From contig JACQDB010000043.1 in assembly GCA_016201275.1 (NCBI GenBank), positions 339 to 64,338 on the forward strand: DNA of 64,000 nucleotides. The letters run 5' to 3'. The notes below the pieces were generated by a model. It saw nothing but the letters and a program-made list of their open reading frames with translations, had not been told where the DNA came from and did not search any database. A program made the position numbers and the translations under genes. Positions 1 through 8,978 of this stretch are shown one piece after another; position 1 is the stretch's first letter; every line of letters begins with the position of its first letter. This stretch comes from Acidobacteriota bacterium (GTDB taxonomy: Bacteria; Acidobacteriota; Blastocatellia; UBA7656).

Positions 1-97
1 TAGGCAACGCCAAAGCGTGCAGAGGGCTCAAAATTCTTGCAGGTTTTCGCGAAACATTACGCGCCAACCTTTTCGTAGTCCCTTTTGGAAGTATCAT

Positions 98-877
98 ATG
101 ATTCACAAAAAATTTATCGCCGCCGTTTTCTTGCTGGCTCCTTTTTTTATCAGCAGCAGCGCCAATGCCCAGAGCGTCAAAGCGCCAAAAAAAAATCACC
201 AGTCGCCAGCCAAACCGCTAAGCGCAGCCTCACAAGCCCGCACTGATTTACTCAAAGCCACTCAGGAATACAAAGCCAGTCTGCAAAAATTAATCGAGCT
301 ATACGAAAAGAATGTCACTGATGCCAATGCGCGTTTGGCCAAACAGCAGGAGCTTTTTGCCGCCGGTATCATCTCGAAACATGAAATGGAAGACAGCCAG
401 CAAAAAGTTGCCGCCGCGCAGTTGCAGATCACGCAAGCGAAAAAACAGCTTGCCGAAGCCGATGACTTAATCGCCGAAGCGAGCCTCGAAGAAGCGCCAG
501 CCACCAGCCCTCGGGTGAAAATCCCTGGCTATGTCAGCACCTCCGCTTACCTGCGCTTTACTGGCAGCGCGCATTGGGCGCTTGCCGACGCGGCGAAAGT
601 GAGCGCCTTTTTTCAAGAAAGGTTTGGTCACGCGCTGCCGGTGAGCGCCTACGGGCAGACCGCTACACACGATAGATTGGGCTTCGACCATCGCAATGCG
701 CTAGATGTTGCGGTGCATCCCGACAGCGCCGAAGGCCAAGCGTTGATTCATTATTTGCAGAGCGTCGGCATTCCCTTTCTGGCTTTTCGGCGTGCCATCA
801 GCGGCTCGGCAACCGGCGCGCACATCCACATCGGCTACCCGTCGCATCGCATCTCGGCGGTTGATTTATCGCGCTAG
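98..877 (+). CDS. Secreted coiled-coil protein with C-terminal LAS/peptidase-M15-like zinc-binding signature (H-x6-D ... H-x-H)
   Basis: ATG at 98 gives MIHKKFIAAVFLLAPFFISSSANA signal peptide; central heptad-rich Q/A/K region; C-terminal 'HDRLGFDHRNALDVAV...AHIHIG' resembles M15/LAS metallopeptidase motifs. The 17..877 ORF in the track has an N-terminal extension without signal. Confidence 0.4.
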   Translation: MIHKKFIAAVFLLAPFFISSSANAQSVKAPKKNHQSPAKPLSAASQARTDLLKATQEYKASLQKLIELYEKNVTDANARLAKQQELFAAGIISKHEMEDSQQKVAAAQLQITQAKKQLAEADDLIAEASLEEAPATSPRVKIPGYVSTSAYLRFTGSAHWALADAAKVSAFFQERFGHALPVSAYGQTATHDRLGFDHRNALDVAVHPDSAEGQALIHYLQSVGIPFLAFRRAISGSATGAHIHIGYPSHRISAVDLSR

Positions 878-946
878 GATTGCCCCCACGGCAAGCCGCT
901 AGCACTCACCGGAAGCGTCCCTGCCGGGTTCCTATCTCTTGGCAAT

Positions 947-996
947 GTGACAAACCGGCAGAAGTTGGAGAATCACAATTTAGCGCGGTTTGTCAC
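947..996. promoter_or_regulatory. 11-bp inverted repeat gtgacaaaccg/cggtttgtcac (29-nt spacer) upstream of pilT; candidate operator
   Basis: Seen directly in sequence ~200 bp upstream of pilT start; a TTGACA-like box follows at ~1093. Confidence 0.25.
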
Positions 997-1194
997 CCGT
1001 ATCGGGAATCTACCCGTAACGGTAACGCTGCTGAAAATTCGCGCAAGAAATAGTATTGCCCTTTAAAATTGCCTGACGTATCTTTGAATTGTTTGACAAG
1101 TCTGCGTCGTTTCCTCATTGCCCCTACAGAGAAAACCCCTGTAAAATTGCGGTGTTTGTAGCGTCAACTCCGTCATCACCATCAGGAGACCAGG

Positions 1195-2394
1195 ATGAGT
1201 TATCTCGATCTTCCGCCGATTCTCGAAAAGATGCTCGCAGTGGCGGATAATATTTCCGACCTCAATTTTTCGGTAGGTCGCCCACCGCAAGTGGAGATCA
1301 ATGGCAAACTGTCGCCGGTTGACATCAAGGGGCTACGCTCGCTGACGCCGTACCAGACCGAAATCATCGCCATGTCTTTGATGGAAGGCAATGTCGAATC
1401 GGCGCGCCGTCTGGTGCAGACCGGTTCGGCGGATTTGAGTTATGCGATTCCCAGCAAAGTGCGCTTTCGCGTCAACATCTTCAAACAGCGCGGCACTATC
1501 TCCATTGTGATGCGCGTTATTCCGACCTTTGTGCCGACGCTGGAAAGCCTCGAATTGCCGCCTCAACTTGGCGACATCTCGCATATGAAAACCGGCATCG
1601 TGTTATTGACCGGGCCAACCGGGTCGGGCAAATCGTCAACCCTTGCGGCCATCATTGATAAGATCAACACCGAATACAGCTATCATATCGTCACCATCGA
1701 AGACCCTATCGAATTTCTGCACACCCATAAAAAATCTACCATCAATCAACGCGAACTCGGCTCGGACACTCCGGCCTTTGCGTTAGGCTTACGGGCGGCG
1801 CTGCGGCAAGCGCCGAAAGTTATACTGGTTGGCGAGATGCGTGATATGGAGACTACGGAAATCGCTCTGGAAGCTTCGGAAACCGGCCACTTGGTGCTTT
1901 CGACGCTGCACACGACGGACGCTTCCAGAACCATCAACCGCATCATCGGCATCTATCCGAAATCCGAAGAACACGTCATCCGCACGCGCCTGGCGCACGC
2001 TTTCCGCTACATCATTTCGCAACGCCTGCTGCCCAAAGCCGACGGCAGTGGACGCCTTGCGGCGGTCGAAATATTGAAAGCCACGCCGCGCACCCGCGAA
2101 TACATTGAACAGGGCGAATCCGAAGGCAAGACTTTGATTGAAGCCATGCACGATGGCGAGTTGGAAGGGATGCAGCAGTTCGATCAGGTGATTGAACGCA
2201 TGATTCGCAGCGGCGTTGTCACCCAGGAAGACGGACTGGCTTTTGCCACCAATCCGTCGAATCTGTTGCTGCGCCTGTCCGGGCTTGGCACCTCCGACGA
2301 TATGTTGAGCCACCGCGACGACAGCACCTATAAACCATCGCGGGAAATGGATGCGCTGATGCGTTCGCGCATGGCAAACGTACTCGACAGATAA
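1195..2394 (+). CDS. pilT: Type IV pilus retraction ATPase PilT/PilU family
   Basis: Walker A 'GPTGSGKSST', PilT-type secretion ATPase signature regions (His box 'LVLSTLHT'), AGGAGA SD 7 nt upstream; 399 aa. Confidence 0.85.
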   Translation: MSYLDLPPILEKMLAVADNISDLNFSVGRPPQVEINGKLSPVDIKGLRSLTPYQTEIIAMSLMEGNVESARRLVQTGSADLSYAIPSKVRFRVNIFKQRGTISIVMRVIPTFVPTLESLELPPQLGDISHMKTGIVLLTGPTGSGKSSTLAAIIDKINTEYSYHIVTIEDPIEFLHTHKKSTINQRELGSDTPAFALGLRAALRQAPKVILVGEMRDMETTEIALEASETGHLVLSTLHTTDASRTINRIIGIYPKSEEHVIRTRLAHAFRYIISQRLLPKADGSGRLAAVEILKATPRTREYIEQGESEGKTLIEAMHDGELEGMQQFDQVIERMIRSGVVTQEDGLAFATNPSNLLLRLSGLGTSDDMLSHRDDSTYKPSREMDALMRSRMANVLDR

Positions 2395-2397
2395 AAA

Positions 2398-2470
2398 TAG
2401 TCATTAGTCCTTAGTCATGAGTCATGAGCTTGGAAATTGCAGCTAATGACTAATGACTAATGACTAAGGA
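2398..2470. repeat. Intercistronic tandem-heptamer hairpin (TCATTAG/CTAATGA units) between pilT stop and next start; right arm contains the AAGGAG SD of the downstream gene
   Basis: Left arm tagtcattagtccttagtcatgagtcatgag, loop cttggaaattgcag, right arm ctaatgactaatgactaatgactaagga; starts 4 nt after pilT TAA and ends 8 nt before ATG 2479. Confidence 0.7.
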
Positions 2471-2478
2471 GTAAAGCA

Positions 2479-3183
2479 ATGATAGCCAATTGTCCGAATT
2501 GCGCGATGAGTTTGAGTTTCGATGACGACCGCTTGCCGACCGAAGCGTTCAATGTGTTGTGTCCGCGTTGTCGGCAATCAGTGACCATCATGCCGCCGCC
2601 GAAAGAAGAGCCGAAATTGCCCGGCGTCGCCACTAAAATGGATGCCGTCATCACCGGCACGCAGGCGGCGAATGATCCGTTGCGGGCGCTTGCGGAAATG
2701 CTGATCGCCGGATTGAAGAAACAACCGCAGGGCGGCGCAGACCTGCCGTCGTGGGAGCGCCGACGAATATTATTTTGTGTTGATGAAGCAGAGATGCGCG
2801 AGCGTTTGCGAAAGGCGCTCGATCATCGCTATTACGAAATCTTTTCTTCCAACACCGCGCCCGAAGCGGTCGAACTGCTACTGGAAGCCAAAGCCGAAGT
2901 GGTGGTGTTGACGACCAACTTTGAAGCTCACAATCAAGGATGTGGCGCGTTGATGCAATACGTCAACAACCTGACGCCACAAGCCCGCCGCCGCACTTTT
3001 GTGGTGTTAATCTCTTCGCAGGTTCGCACCTTGGACTCGTATCTGGCCTTTGCCAACGGCGTCAATTTAACCGTCCATCCCGATGACGCAGATGCCTTTC
3101 AATCCATCTTCGAGCGCAGTGTACGCGATTTCAACGAACTCTATCGTCCGTTCAATCACGCCACTTCCGCTGCGCCTTTTTAA
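2479..3183 (+). CDS. MJ0042-type zinc-ribbon protein with C-terminal receiver-like (CheY-like fold?) domain
   Basis: N-terminal CPNC...CPRC (two CxxC pairs); C-terminal region alternates hydrophobic beta-like and helical segments reminiscent of a REC domain but without clear phospho-Asp context. Tightly linked to pilT. Confidence 0.45.
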   Translation: MIANCPNCAMSLSFDDDRLPTEAFNVLCPRCRQSVTIMPPPKEEPKLPGVATKMDAVITGTQAANDPLRALAEMLIAGLKKQPQGGADLPSWERRRILFCVDEAEMRERLRKALDHRYYEIFSSNTAPEAVELLLEAKAEVVVLTTNFEAHNQGCGALMQYVNNLTPQARRRTFVVLISSQVRTLDSYLAFANGVNLTVHPDDADAFQSIFERSVRDFNELYRPFNHATSAAPF

Positions 3184-3473
3184 GCTTGAAATATCATTCG
3201 TCGCCCACGAAAACCGCAACACCAAAGTGCTTGAGCGCCTCGTTAGCTCCGTGTGCAAATGCTGGTACGGGTGACTCTCTGTTGGCGCTCGTACCGGCAC
3301 ACGCAAATGGAATTAGAGACATTATAGCGGCTGGCAAATGGCCTGAGCCGTGCTGCGGCTGGCTTGAAAACTTGCGGTGCGGTTTACGAAGAGGCGCAGT
3401 TTGTCATACAGTTAGTGACGCCGCAAGATGCAGCGGCGCATCTTCAAAAAGACAAACGCCTTGAGAATAAACT

Positions 3474-4577
3474 ATGACGGAAACCTTGAAGTTGAAAGCG
3501 CCGGAGAGTTGTCGTTGGGATTGTGTCAGTCTGGGTGAGGTGATGCTGCGCTTAGACCCCGGCGCTGGACGCCTTCACACCACGCGCAGTTTTCAGGTCT
3601 GGGAAGGTGGCGGCGAATACAATGTCGCACGCGGCTTGAAACGCTGTTTCGGTTTGCAGACCGCCATCGTCACAGCGCTGGCCGATAATCCCGTAGGGCG
3701 ACTGGTGCAGGATTTGATTTATCAGGGCGGCGTTGACCAAACGCACATTCGTTGGGTCAAGTATGATGGCGTTGGTCGAGCGGTGCGGAACGGTTTGAAT
3801 TTCACCGAACGCGGCTTTGGCGCACGCGCCGCACTGGGTTGTTCCGACCGAGGCCATACGGCGGTCTCGCAACTCCAGCCCGGCGACATTGACTGGCAAA
3901 TGATTTTCGGTAAACAAGGCGCACGCTGGTTTCATACGGGCGGCATCTTTGCTGCGCTTTCCGCGACTGCGCCACAGGTCGCGCAGGAAGCGATGGCGGC
4001 GGCCAAACAACACGGCACTGTGATCTCTTATGATTTGAATTTTCGCCCGTCGTTGTGGCAGAGCATAGGCGGCAAGGCGCAAGCTCAGGCGGTCAACCGC
4101 GAGTTAGCCCAATATGTTGACGTGATGATTGGCAACGAAGAAGACTTCACCGCTGCTTTGGGCTTTGCTGTCGAAGGTCTGGACGAGAATCTCTCCAAAC
4201 TGGAGGTGCGAAATTTTCAACGCATGATGGAAAGCGCCATGCAGCAGTTCCCTAACTTCAAAGTCATAGCCACCACTTTACGCAATGCGCGAACCGCGAG
4301 CCGCAACGATTGGGGCGCAGTCTGTTACACCGATGGCAAGTTGTATCAGGCAACCACGCGAGAGGATTTGGAAATCTTTGACCGCGTTGGCGGCGGCGAT
4401 TCGTTTGCCTCCGGTTTGATTTATGGTTTTCTGATGAACCAGGGAGCGCAGTGGGCTGTTGAATGCGGCGCGGCGCACGGCGCATTGGCGATGACTACAC
4501 CGGGCGATACGACTATGGCAACGCTTTCGGAAGTCGAGCGCGTGATGAAAGGTGGTTCGGCGCGGGTCGCCCGATGA
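3474..4577 (+). CDS. PfkB-family sugar kinase, probably 2-dehydro-3-deoxygluconokinase
   Basis: Ribokinase-like fold motifs incl. C-terminal 'DRVGGGDSFASG' anion-hole; located immediately upstream of KDPG aldolase. Confidence 0.7.
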   Translation: MTETLKLKAPESCRWDCVSLGEVMLRLDPGAGRLHTTRSFQVWEGGGEYNVARGLKRCFGLQTAIVTALADNPVGRLVQDLIYQGGVDQTHIRWVKYDGVGRAVRNGLNFTERGFGARAALGCSDRGHTAVSQLQPGDIDWQMIFGKQGARWFHTGGIFAALSATAPQVAQEAMAAAKQHGTVISYDLNFRPSLWQSIGGKAQAQAVNRELAQYVDVMIGNEEDFTAALGFAVEGLDENLSKLEVRNFQRMMESAMQQFPNFKVIATTLRNARTASRNDWGAVCYTDGKLYQATTREDLEIFDRVGGGDSFASGLIYGFLMNQGAQWAVECGAAHGALAMTTPGDTTMATLSEVERVMKGGSARVAR

Positions 4578-4598
4578 GACGCGAAGGAAGTAGGCCAA

Positions 4599-4620
4599 AG
4601 GCAAACGGCAAACGGCAAAG
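4599..4620. repeat. Tandem heptamer GGCAAAC x3 just after kinase stop
   Basis: ggcaaacggcaaacggcaaag seen directly; same unit class as GGCAAAA x4 at ~23238. Confidence 0.5.
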
Positions 4621-4714
4621 TATGCGTGATGGCGGTGCGGCAATGGCTTCTTGTAGCGCAAAACTTTTGCTTGAACGCCTAGGGAAGGGAAGAAAATATA
4701 CTCCCATAAACCTC

Positions 4715-4767
4715 GTTGAGCAGCGGTCTGTGAGCGCTGGACTGGCGGTCATAGACCGCTGCTCAAC
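4715..4767. terminator. 15-bp perfect inverted repeat gttgagcagcggtct/agaccgctgctcaac (23-nt loop) in kinase-eda spacer; structured RNA/terminator-like
   Basis: Seen directly; no downstream T-run, so may be attenuator/processing element rather than intrinsic terminator. Confidence 0.4.
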
Positions 4768-4941
4768 CGTATGCTATTTCTTGCCGCTTCCCTGAAAATT
4801 GTGGCTGAAAGAACCGGCAAAACGTGAAGGCTTTTTCAAGGCTCTGTACAGGCAACCACCGCAGGGTTGCCCGTATCAGGTTGCATTTAATTTCAGCCAA
4901 CTTCCTTACCGGTTATCACAAAGTTTCGGAAAGAGTGACAC

Positions 4942-5598
4942 ATGAACAAAGCAGAAGTGATGCAAAGGATTAAAGACACTGGTGTGCTGCCTGTGGTGCG
5001 CGCCGCTTCCGCCGATGAAGCCGTGCGCGTCATCGAAGCGATTCAAGAAGGCGGCATAGCGGTTTTGGAAATCACCATGACGGTTCCCGGCGCGGTGCGC
5101 GTCATTGAAGCGGTGGCTGCGCGTTACGGCTCTGAAGCCTTGGTCGGCGCGGGGACGGTGCTGGATGCGGAAACGGCTCGCGCCTGCATCTTGGCGGGAG
5201 CCCAATTCATCGTCAGCCCGGCGCTCAATCTCGACACCATAGCTTTATGTCGGCGCTACGGCGTAGCCATTATGCCCGGCGCTTTGACGCCCACCGAAGT
5301 GTTGCAGGCGTGGACCGCGGGCGCTGATTTTGTCAAAGTTTTTCCGGCAAACGCCTTGGGCGGGGCCAGCTATTTGAAAGCCTTGAAAGCGCCGCTGCCG
5401 CAAATCGAAATGGTTCCGACCGGCGGGGTTTCGTTGACCACTGCCGCCGATTTCATTCACGCCGGAGCCAGCGCTTTAGGCGTCGGCACAGACCTTGTGG
5501 ACGTGCAAGCCTTGCGCCAAGGGCAGGCGCATATCATCACGGAACGCGCCCGACAGTTTCTGCAAATTGTCCGCGCCGCGCGCAGCAACTTGGCCTGA
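4942..5598 (+). CDS. eda: 2-dehydro-3-deoxyphosphogluconate (KDPG)/4-hydroxy-2-oxoglutarate aldolase
   Basis: Full-length match to Eda pattern: 'GIAVLEITMT', 'GAGTVL', 'IMPGALTPTEV', 'FVKVFPA', 'MVPTGGV'. 218 aa. Confidence 0.85.
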   Translation: MNKAEVMQRIKDTGVLPVVRAASADEAVRVIEAIQEGGIAVLEITMTVPGAVRVIEAVAARYGSEALVGAGTVLDAETARACILAGAQFIVSPALNLDTIALCRRYGVAIMPGALTPTEVLQAWTAGADFVKVFPANALGGASYLKALKAPLPQIEMVPTGGVSLTTAADFIHAGASALGVGTDLVDVQALRQGQAHIITERARQFLQIVRAARSNLA

Positions 5599-5712
5599 GC
5601 GCCTCGCCACCGGTTGTGCGCGCACCCCACGCAGAGCGCCTACCGACCCGCAAGGTGGTGGTCTGAATCATTTGCGAACCTGGTTTTTGAGGAAAGCGGT
5701 GTACTTGATTTT

Positions 5713-7536
5713 ATGTCCGAAGTGCTGGTGATTGGCGCGGGTCCTGCTGGGCTTACTGCCGCCTACGAATTATCCAAATTGGGAATGCAACCCGTGGTGG
5801 TGGAAGCCGATGCTCAAGTCGGCGGTCTGTCGCGCACCGTCAACTACAACGGCTATCGCTTCGACATCGGCGGACATCGGTTCTTTTCCAAAGTGCAACT
5901 CATCAACGACCTATGGCGCGAAATTCTAGCGGATGAATTTCTCACGCGTCCGCGATTGTCGCGCATCTATTATGACCATCACTTTTTCGATTACCCGCTG
6001 CAAGCCGCCAATGCCTTGGCCGGATTAGGCAGCGTGGAAGCCTTGCTGGTGGCGCTCAGTTATGCCAAGGCGAAATTGCTGCCGCACCAACAGGAGACCA
6101 ACTTCGAGCAATGGGTGTCGAATCGCTTCGGGCAGCGGTTGTACGAAATTTTTTTCAAGTCTTACACAGAGAAAGTATGGGGCATACCCTGTGCGGAAAT
6201 TTCGGCGGACTGGGCGGTGCAGCGCATCAAAAATCTGTCGTTGCACGAAGCCTTGCGGAACGCCCTATTCGGAACCGCAGCGACGAAAGACGGGCAGACC
6301 ATCACCTCATTGATCGAGACTTTTCATTATCCGCGACTCGGTCCCGGGCAGATGTGGGAGCAGTGCGAGCGACTCTTGGCACAACGCGGCGCACAGACCT
6401 TGCGCGGCATCAAGATCGAAAAAATTCGGCATCACGGTGGGCGCGTGCAAGCGGTTTACGGGCGCAACGCGGCGGGTGAAGCGCTAGAGTTTGGCGGCGC
6501 GCAAGTGATCTCCACCATGCCGCTGAGAAGCCTGATGAAGGCGCTTGACCCGTTGCCTCCCGATCCCGTTCTGCAAGCCGCCAATCGCTTGCGCTACAGG
6601 GATTATTTGACGGCGGCGCTGATCGTCAAACGGCAAGAGGTGTTCCCCGATAACTGGATTTATATACACGCGCCCGAAGTGAAAATCGGGCGCATACAGA
6701 ACTACAAAAACTGGAGTCCGGACATGGTGCCGGACGCGACAAAGACCTCGCTCGGACTGGAATATTTTTTATGGCAGGAGGATGAGATGTGGCGCTGGTC
6801 GGATGACCGGCTGCTTGAGTTTGGTATTGGCGAATGCGCCGCTCTGGGCATCATTGAAGCGCGTGAAGTCGAAGACGGCGCGGTGGTGCGAATGAAAAAA
6901 GCGTATCCGATTTATGACCACACCTACGCCGCAAGTCTGGCCACGGTGCGCGGCTATCTGGAGACCCTGGCGAATCTGCAAACCATCGGGCGCAATGGCT
7001 TGCATCGCTACAACAATCAGGATCACTCTATGCTGACGGGGATTTATGCAGCGCGCAACCTCGCTGGCGAAAACTTTGATGTCTGGTCGGTAAACACCGA
7101 GCCGCACTATCTGGAAGAAGATCAGGCGATGCGGACGACTGCTGGTGACCGGCTGGTTCCGGTTGGTCTAGTGCCGGAATTTTCACCGGGCGAAGACGCT
7201 GCCGAAGTCATGTTGGAAACCCTCTTTGCCAGATTGGACGCGGTGGCGATGGGCGGCGCGGTGGGCGTGGTCAGCGGACTGGCGCTGTTTCTGGCAACCG
7301 CCTTATTGCTGTTGAAAGGCGGCGCAGTCGTGGGGCCGAATCTCTCTTTGTTGTCGTATTATTTTTTCGACTATCGAGTAACCTGGGCAGGCGCATTTCT
7401 GGGCCTTGTCGAAGCCGGGGCGGCAGGCTTTATACTCGGTTATCTATTTGCCTATTTGAGAAATCTCGGCCTGACCGCTTACGCCTGGTTCATCAAGCGA
7501 CGAGCCGAATCCCAAGCCTCACGCGACCTTTTGTAA
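5713..7536 (+). CDS. FAD-dependent oxidoreductase, UDP-galactopyranose-mutase-like fold, fused to a C-terminal ~110-aa membrane tail
   Basis: ATG 5713 gives '[20 protein letters not shown]...VGGLSRT' Rossmann dinucleotide motif; C-terminal '[25 protein letters not shown]' matches the Glf/amine-oxidase C-terminal FAD motif; last ~110 aa hydrophobic. The track ORF 5614..7536 over-extends upstream. Confidence 0.55.
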   Translation: MSEVLVIGAGPAGLTAAYELSKLGMQPVVVEADAQVGGLSRTVNYNGYRFDIGGHRFFSKVQLINDLWREILADEFLTRPRLSRIYYDHHFFDYPLQAANALAGLGSVEALLVALSYAKAKLLPHQQETNFEQWVSNRFGQRLYEIFFKSYTEKVWGIPCAEISADWAVQRIKNLSLHEALRNALFGTAATKDGQTITSLIETFHYPRLGPGQMWEQCERLLAQRGAQTLRGIKIEKIRHHGGRVQAVYGRNAAGEALEFGGAQVISTMPLRSLMKALDPLPPDPVLQAANRLRYRDYLTAALIVKRQEVFPDNWIYIHAPEVKIGRIQNYKNWSPDMVPDATKTSLGLEYFLWQEDEMWRWSDDRLLEFGIGECAALGIIEAREVEDGAVVRMKKAYPIYDHTYAASLATVRGYLETLANLQTIGRNGLHRYNNQDHSMLTGIYAARNLAGENFDVWSVNTEPHYLEEDQAMRTTAGDRLVPVGLVPEFSPGEDAAEVMLETLFARLDAVAMGGAVGVVSGLALFLATALLLLKGGAVVGPNLSLLSYYFFDYRVTWAGAFLGLVEAGAAGFILGYLFAYLRNLGLTAYAWFIKRRAESQASRDLL

Positions 7537-7561
7537 AGCGTGAAGAAAGCGAGCGCGCCGC

Positions 7562-7891
7562 ATGAGTGAAGGTCAAGATCAGAATGTCCGCTTGAGTCAA
7601 CTGGTAGTCCGCATTCAAACCGGCGTGCTGGCTGTAGTCTTTGCGCTACTGGGCGGCCTGGGCTTGTTCCTGATGACCGTCTGGTTATTAGTGAAAGGCG
7701 GAGAAAATATCGGCTCGCACTTGAACCTGCTGGGGCAATATCTGATTGGCTATTCGGTGACTTGGACGGGCAGTTTGATCGGGCTGCTTTACGGCCTGTT
7801 GATCGGTGGCATTATCGGCGGGTCGGTCGGCAAGCTCTACAACCTGATGGCCCGGGCGCGCCAGCGTGCCGCGAAAACACGGGCAAAATAA
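7562..7891 (+). CDS. Small 2-TM membrane protein, paralogous to the C-terminal tail of the preceding flavoprotein
   Basis: Alignable motif LL(V/L)KGG-x3-G-x-L-x-LL-x2-Y-x3-Y-x-VTW-x-G-x3-GL shared with residues ~535-600 of the 5713..7536 product. Confidence 0.5.
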   Translation: MSEGQDQNVRLSQLVVRIQTGVLAVVFALLGGLGLFLMTVWLLVKGGENIGSHLNLLGQYLIGYSVTWTGSLIGLLYGLLIGGIIGGSVGKLYNLMARARQRAAKTRAK

Positions 7892-7901
7892 AAACGATTT
7901 T

Positions 7902-8960
7902 ATGAAGCTTACGAAGAGTTCCACGAGTGATAAACACAGGCCGGCGTTCAGCGTCATTGTGCCGGTTTACAACGCCTCGCCGGAACTACGGTTGTGCCTT
8001 GCCGCTTTGCAGCAGTCGGCGTATGAAGATTTCGAGGTCATTGTTGTAGATGACGGTTCGAGCGAAGCGCTGGAGTCAATCGTCGCGCCTTACCAATGCC
8101 GCTATGTAAAACTGGACCGCCAACAAGGACCCGCACGGGCGCGCAATCGCGGCGCAGCACTCGCCAAGGGGCGCTACCTCGTCTTCATTGATGCCGATGT
8201 CTGTGTGCATCAAGACACGCTCGAACGATTCGCCGGGGCCTTCGCCGCTCGCCCTGATGTGGTTGCGGTATTGGGTTCCTATGATGAAGCTCCCGCGCAT
8301 ACCAACTTCTTTTCGCAGTATAAAAATCTCTTTCACCATTATGTGCATCAAGGAGGCGCTGGCGAGAGCCGCACCTTTTGGAGCGGCTGCGGGGCAATGC
8401 GGCGCGATATTTTTTTATCGTTCGGAGGCTTTGACGCAGCGCGTTATCGTCGTCCTGCCATCGAAGACATCGAATTGGGAACGTGGATAAAAGAAGCCGG
8501 GTATCAAGTAATTTTAGACCGCCGCATTCAAGCCCAGCATTTGAAACGCTGGACCTTCTGGAGCCTCCTCAAATCCGATATTTTTGACCGGGGGATTCCG
8601 TGGATTCGCCTGATGTGGAGAGTGGGCGCATCGGCAAATACGCTCAATGTGGTGCCGTCGCAACGCTGGAGCGTATTGCTGGTTTACCTGACGGCCTTGC
8701 TTTTGCCGTTGGCCACGGTCTGGCATTTTGCCGGGGCGATAGCCGCGCTTTCGGCCTTGGGCGTAGGGGTTTTGAATCGCCATTTTTATGGCTATTTTCT
8801 ACAGCGCCGAGGCGTGTGGTTCACCTTGCGGGTTTTGCCTGTGCACGGGTTGTACTTCTGCTATTGCGGCATCGCCGTAGTCATAGGAACGTGGTTATAT
8901 TTTCTGACGGATCGCCCAAAGCGCCCGACGACAGTGATAAAAAATTGCGACACCAAATAA
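7902..8960 (+). CDS. Family 2 glycosyltransferase with C-terminal transmembrane domain
   Basis: 'FSVIVPVYNAS...', 'VIVVDDGSS', 'FIDAD' (DxD) motifs; 3-4 C-terminal TM helices. ATG 7902 chosen; the track start 7866 is a GTG overlapping the upstream gene. Confidence 0.75.
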   Translation: MKLTKSSTSDKHRPAFSVIVPVYNASPELRLCLAALQQSAYEDFEVIVVDDGSSEALESIVAPYQCRYVKLDRQQGPARARNRGAALAKGRYLVFIDADVCVHQDTLERFAGAFAARPDVVAVLGSYDEAPAHTNFFSQYKNLFHHYVHQGGAGESRTFWSGCGAMRRDIFLSFGGFDAARYRRPAIEDIELGTWIKEAGYQVILDRRIQAQHLKRWTFWSLLKSDIFDRGIPWIRLMWRVGASANTLNVVPSQRWSVLLVYLTALLLPLATVWHFAGAIAALSALGVGVLNRHFYGYFLQRRGVWFTLRVLPVHGLYFCYCGIAVVIGTWLYFLTDRPKRPTTVIKNCDTK

Positions 8961-8978
8961 ACATCGTGAGGAATTTGC

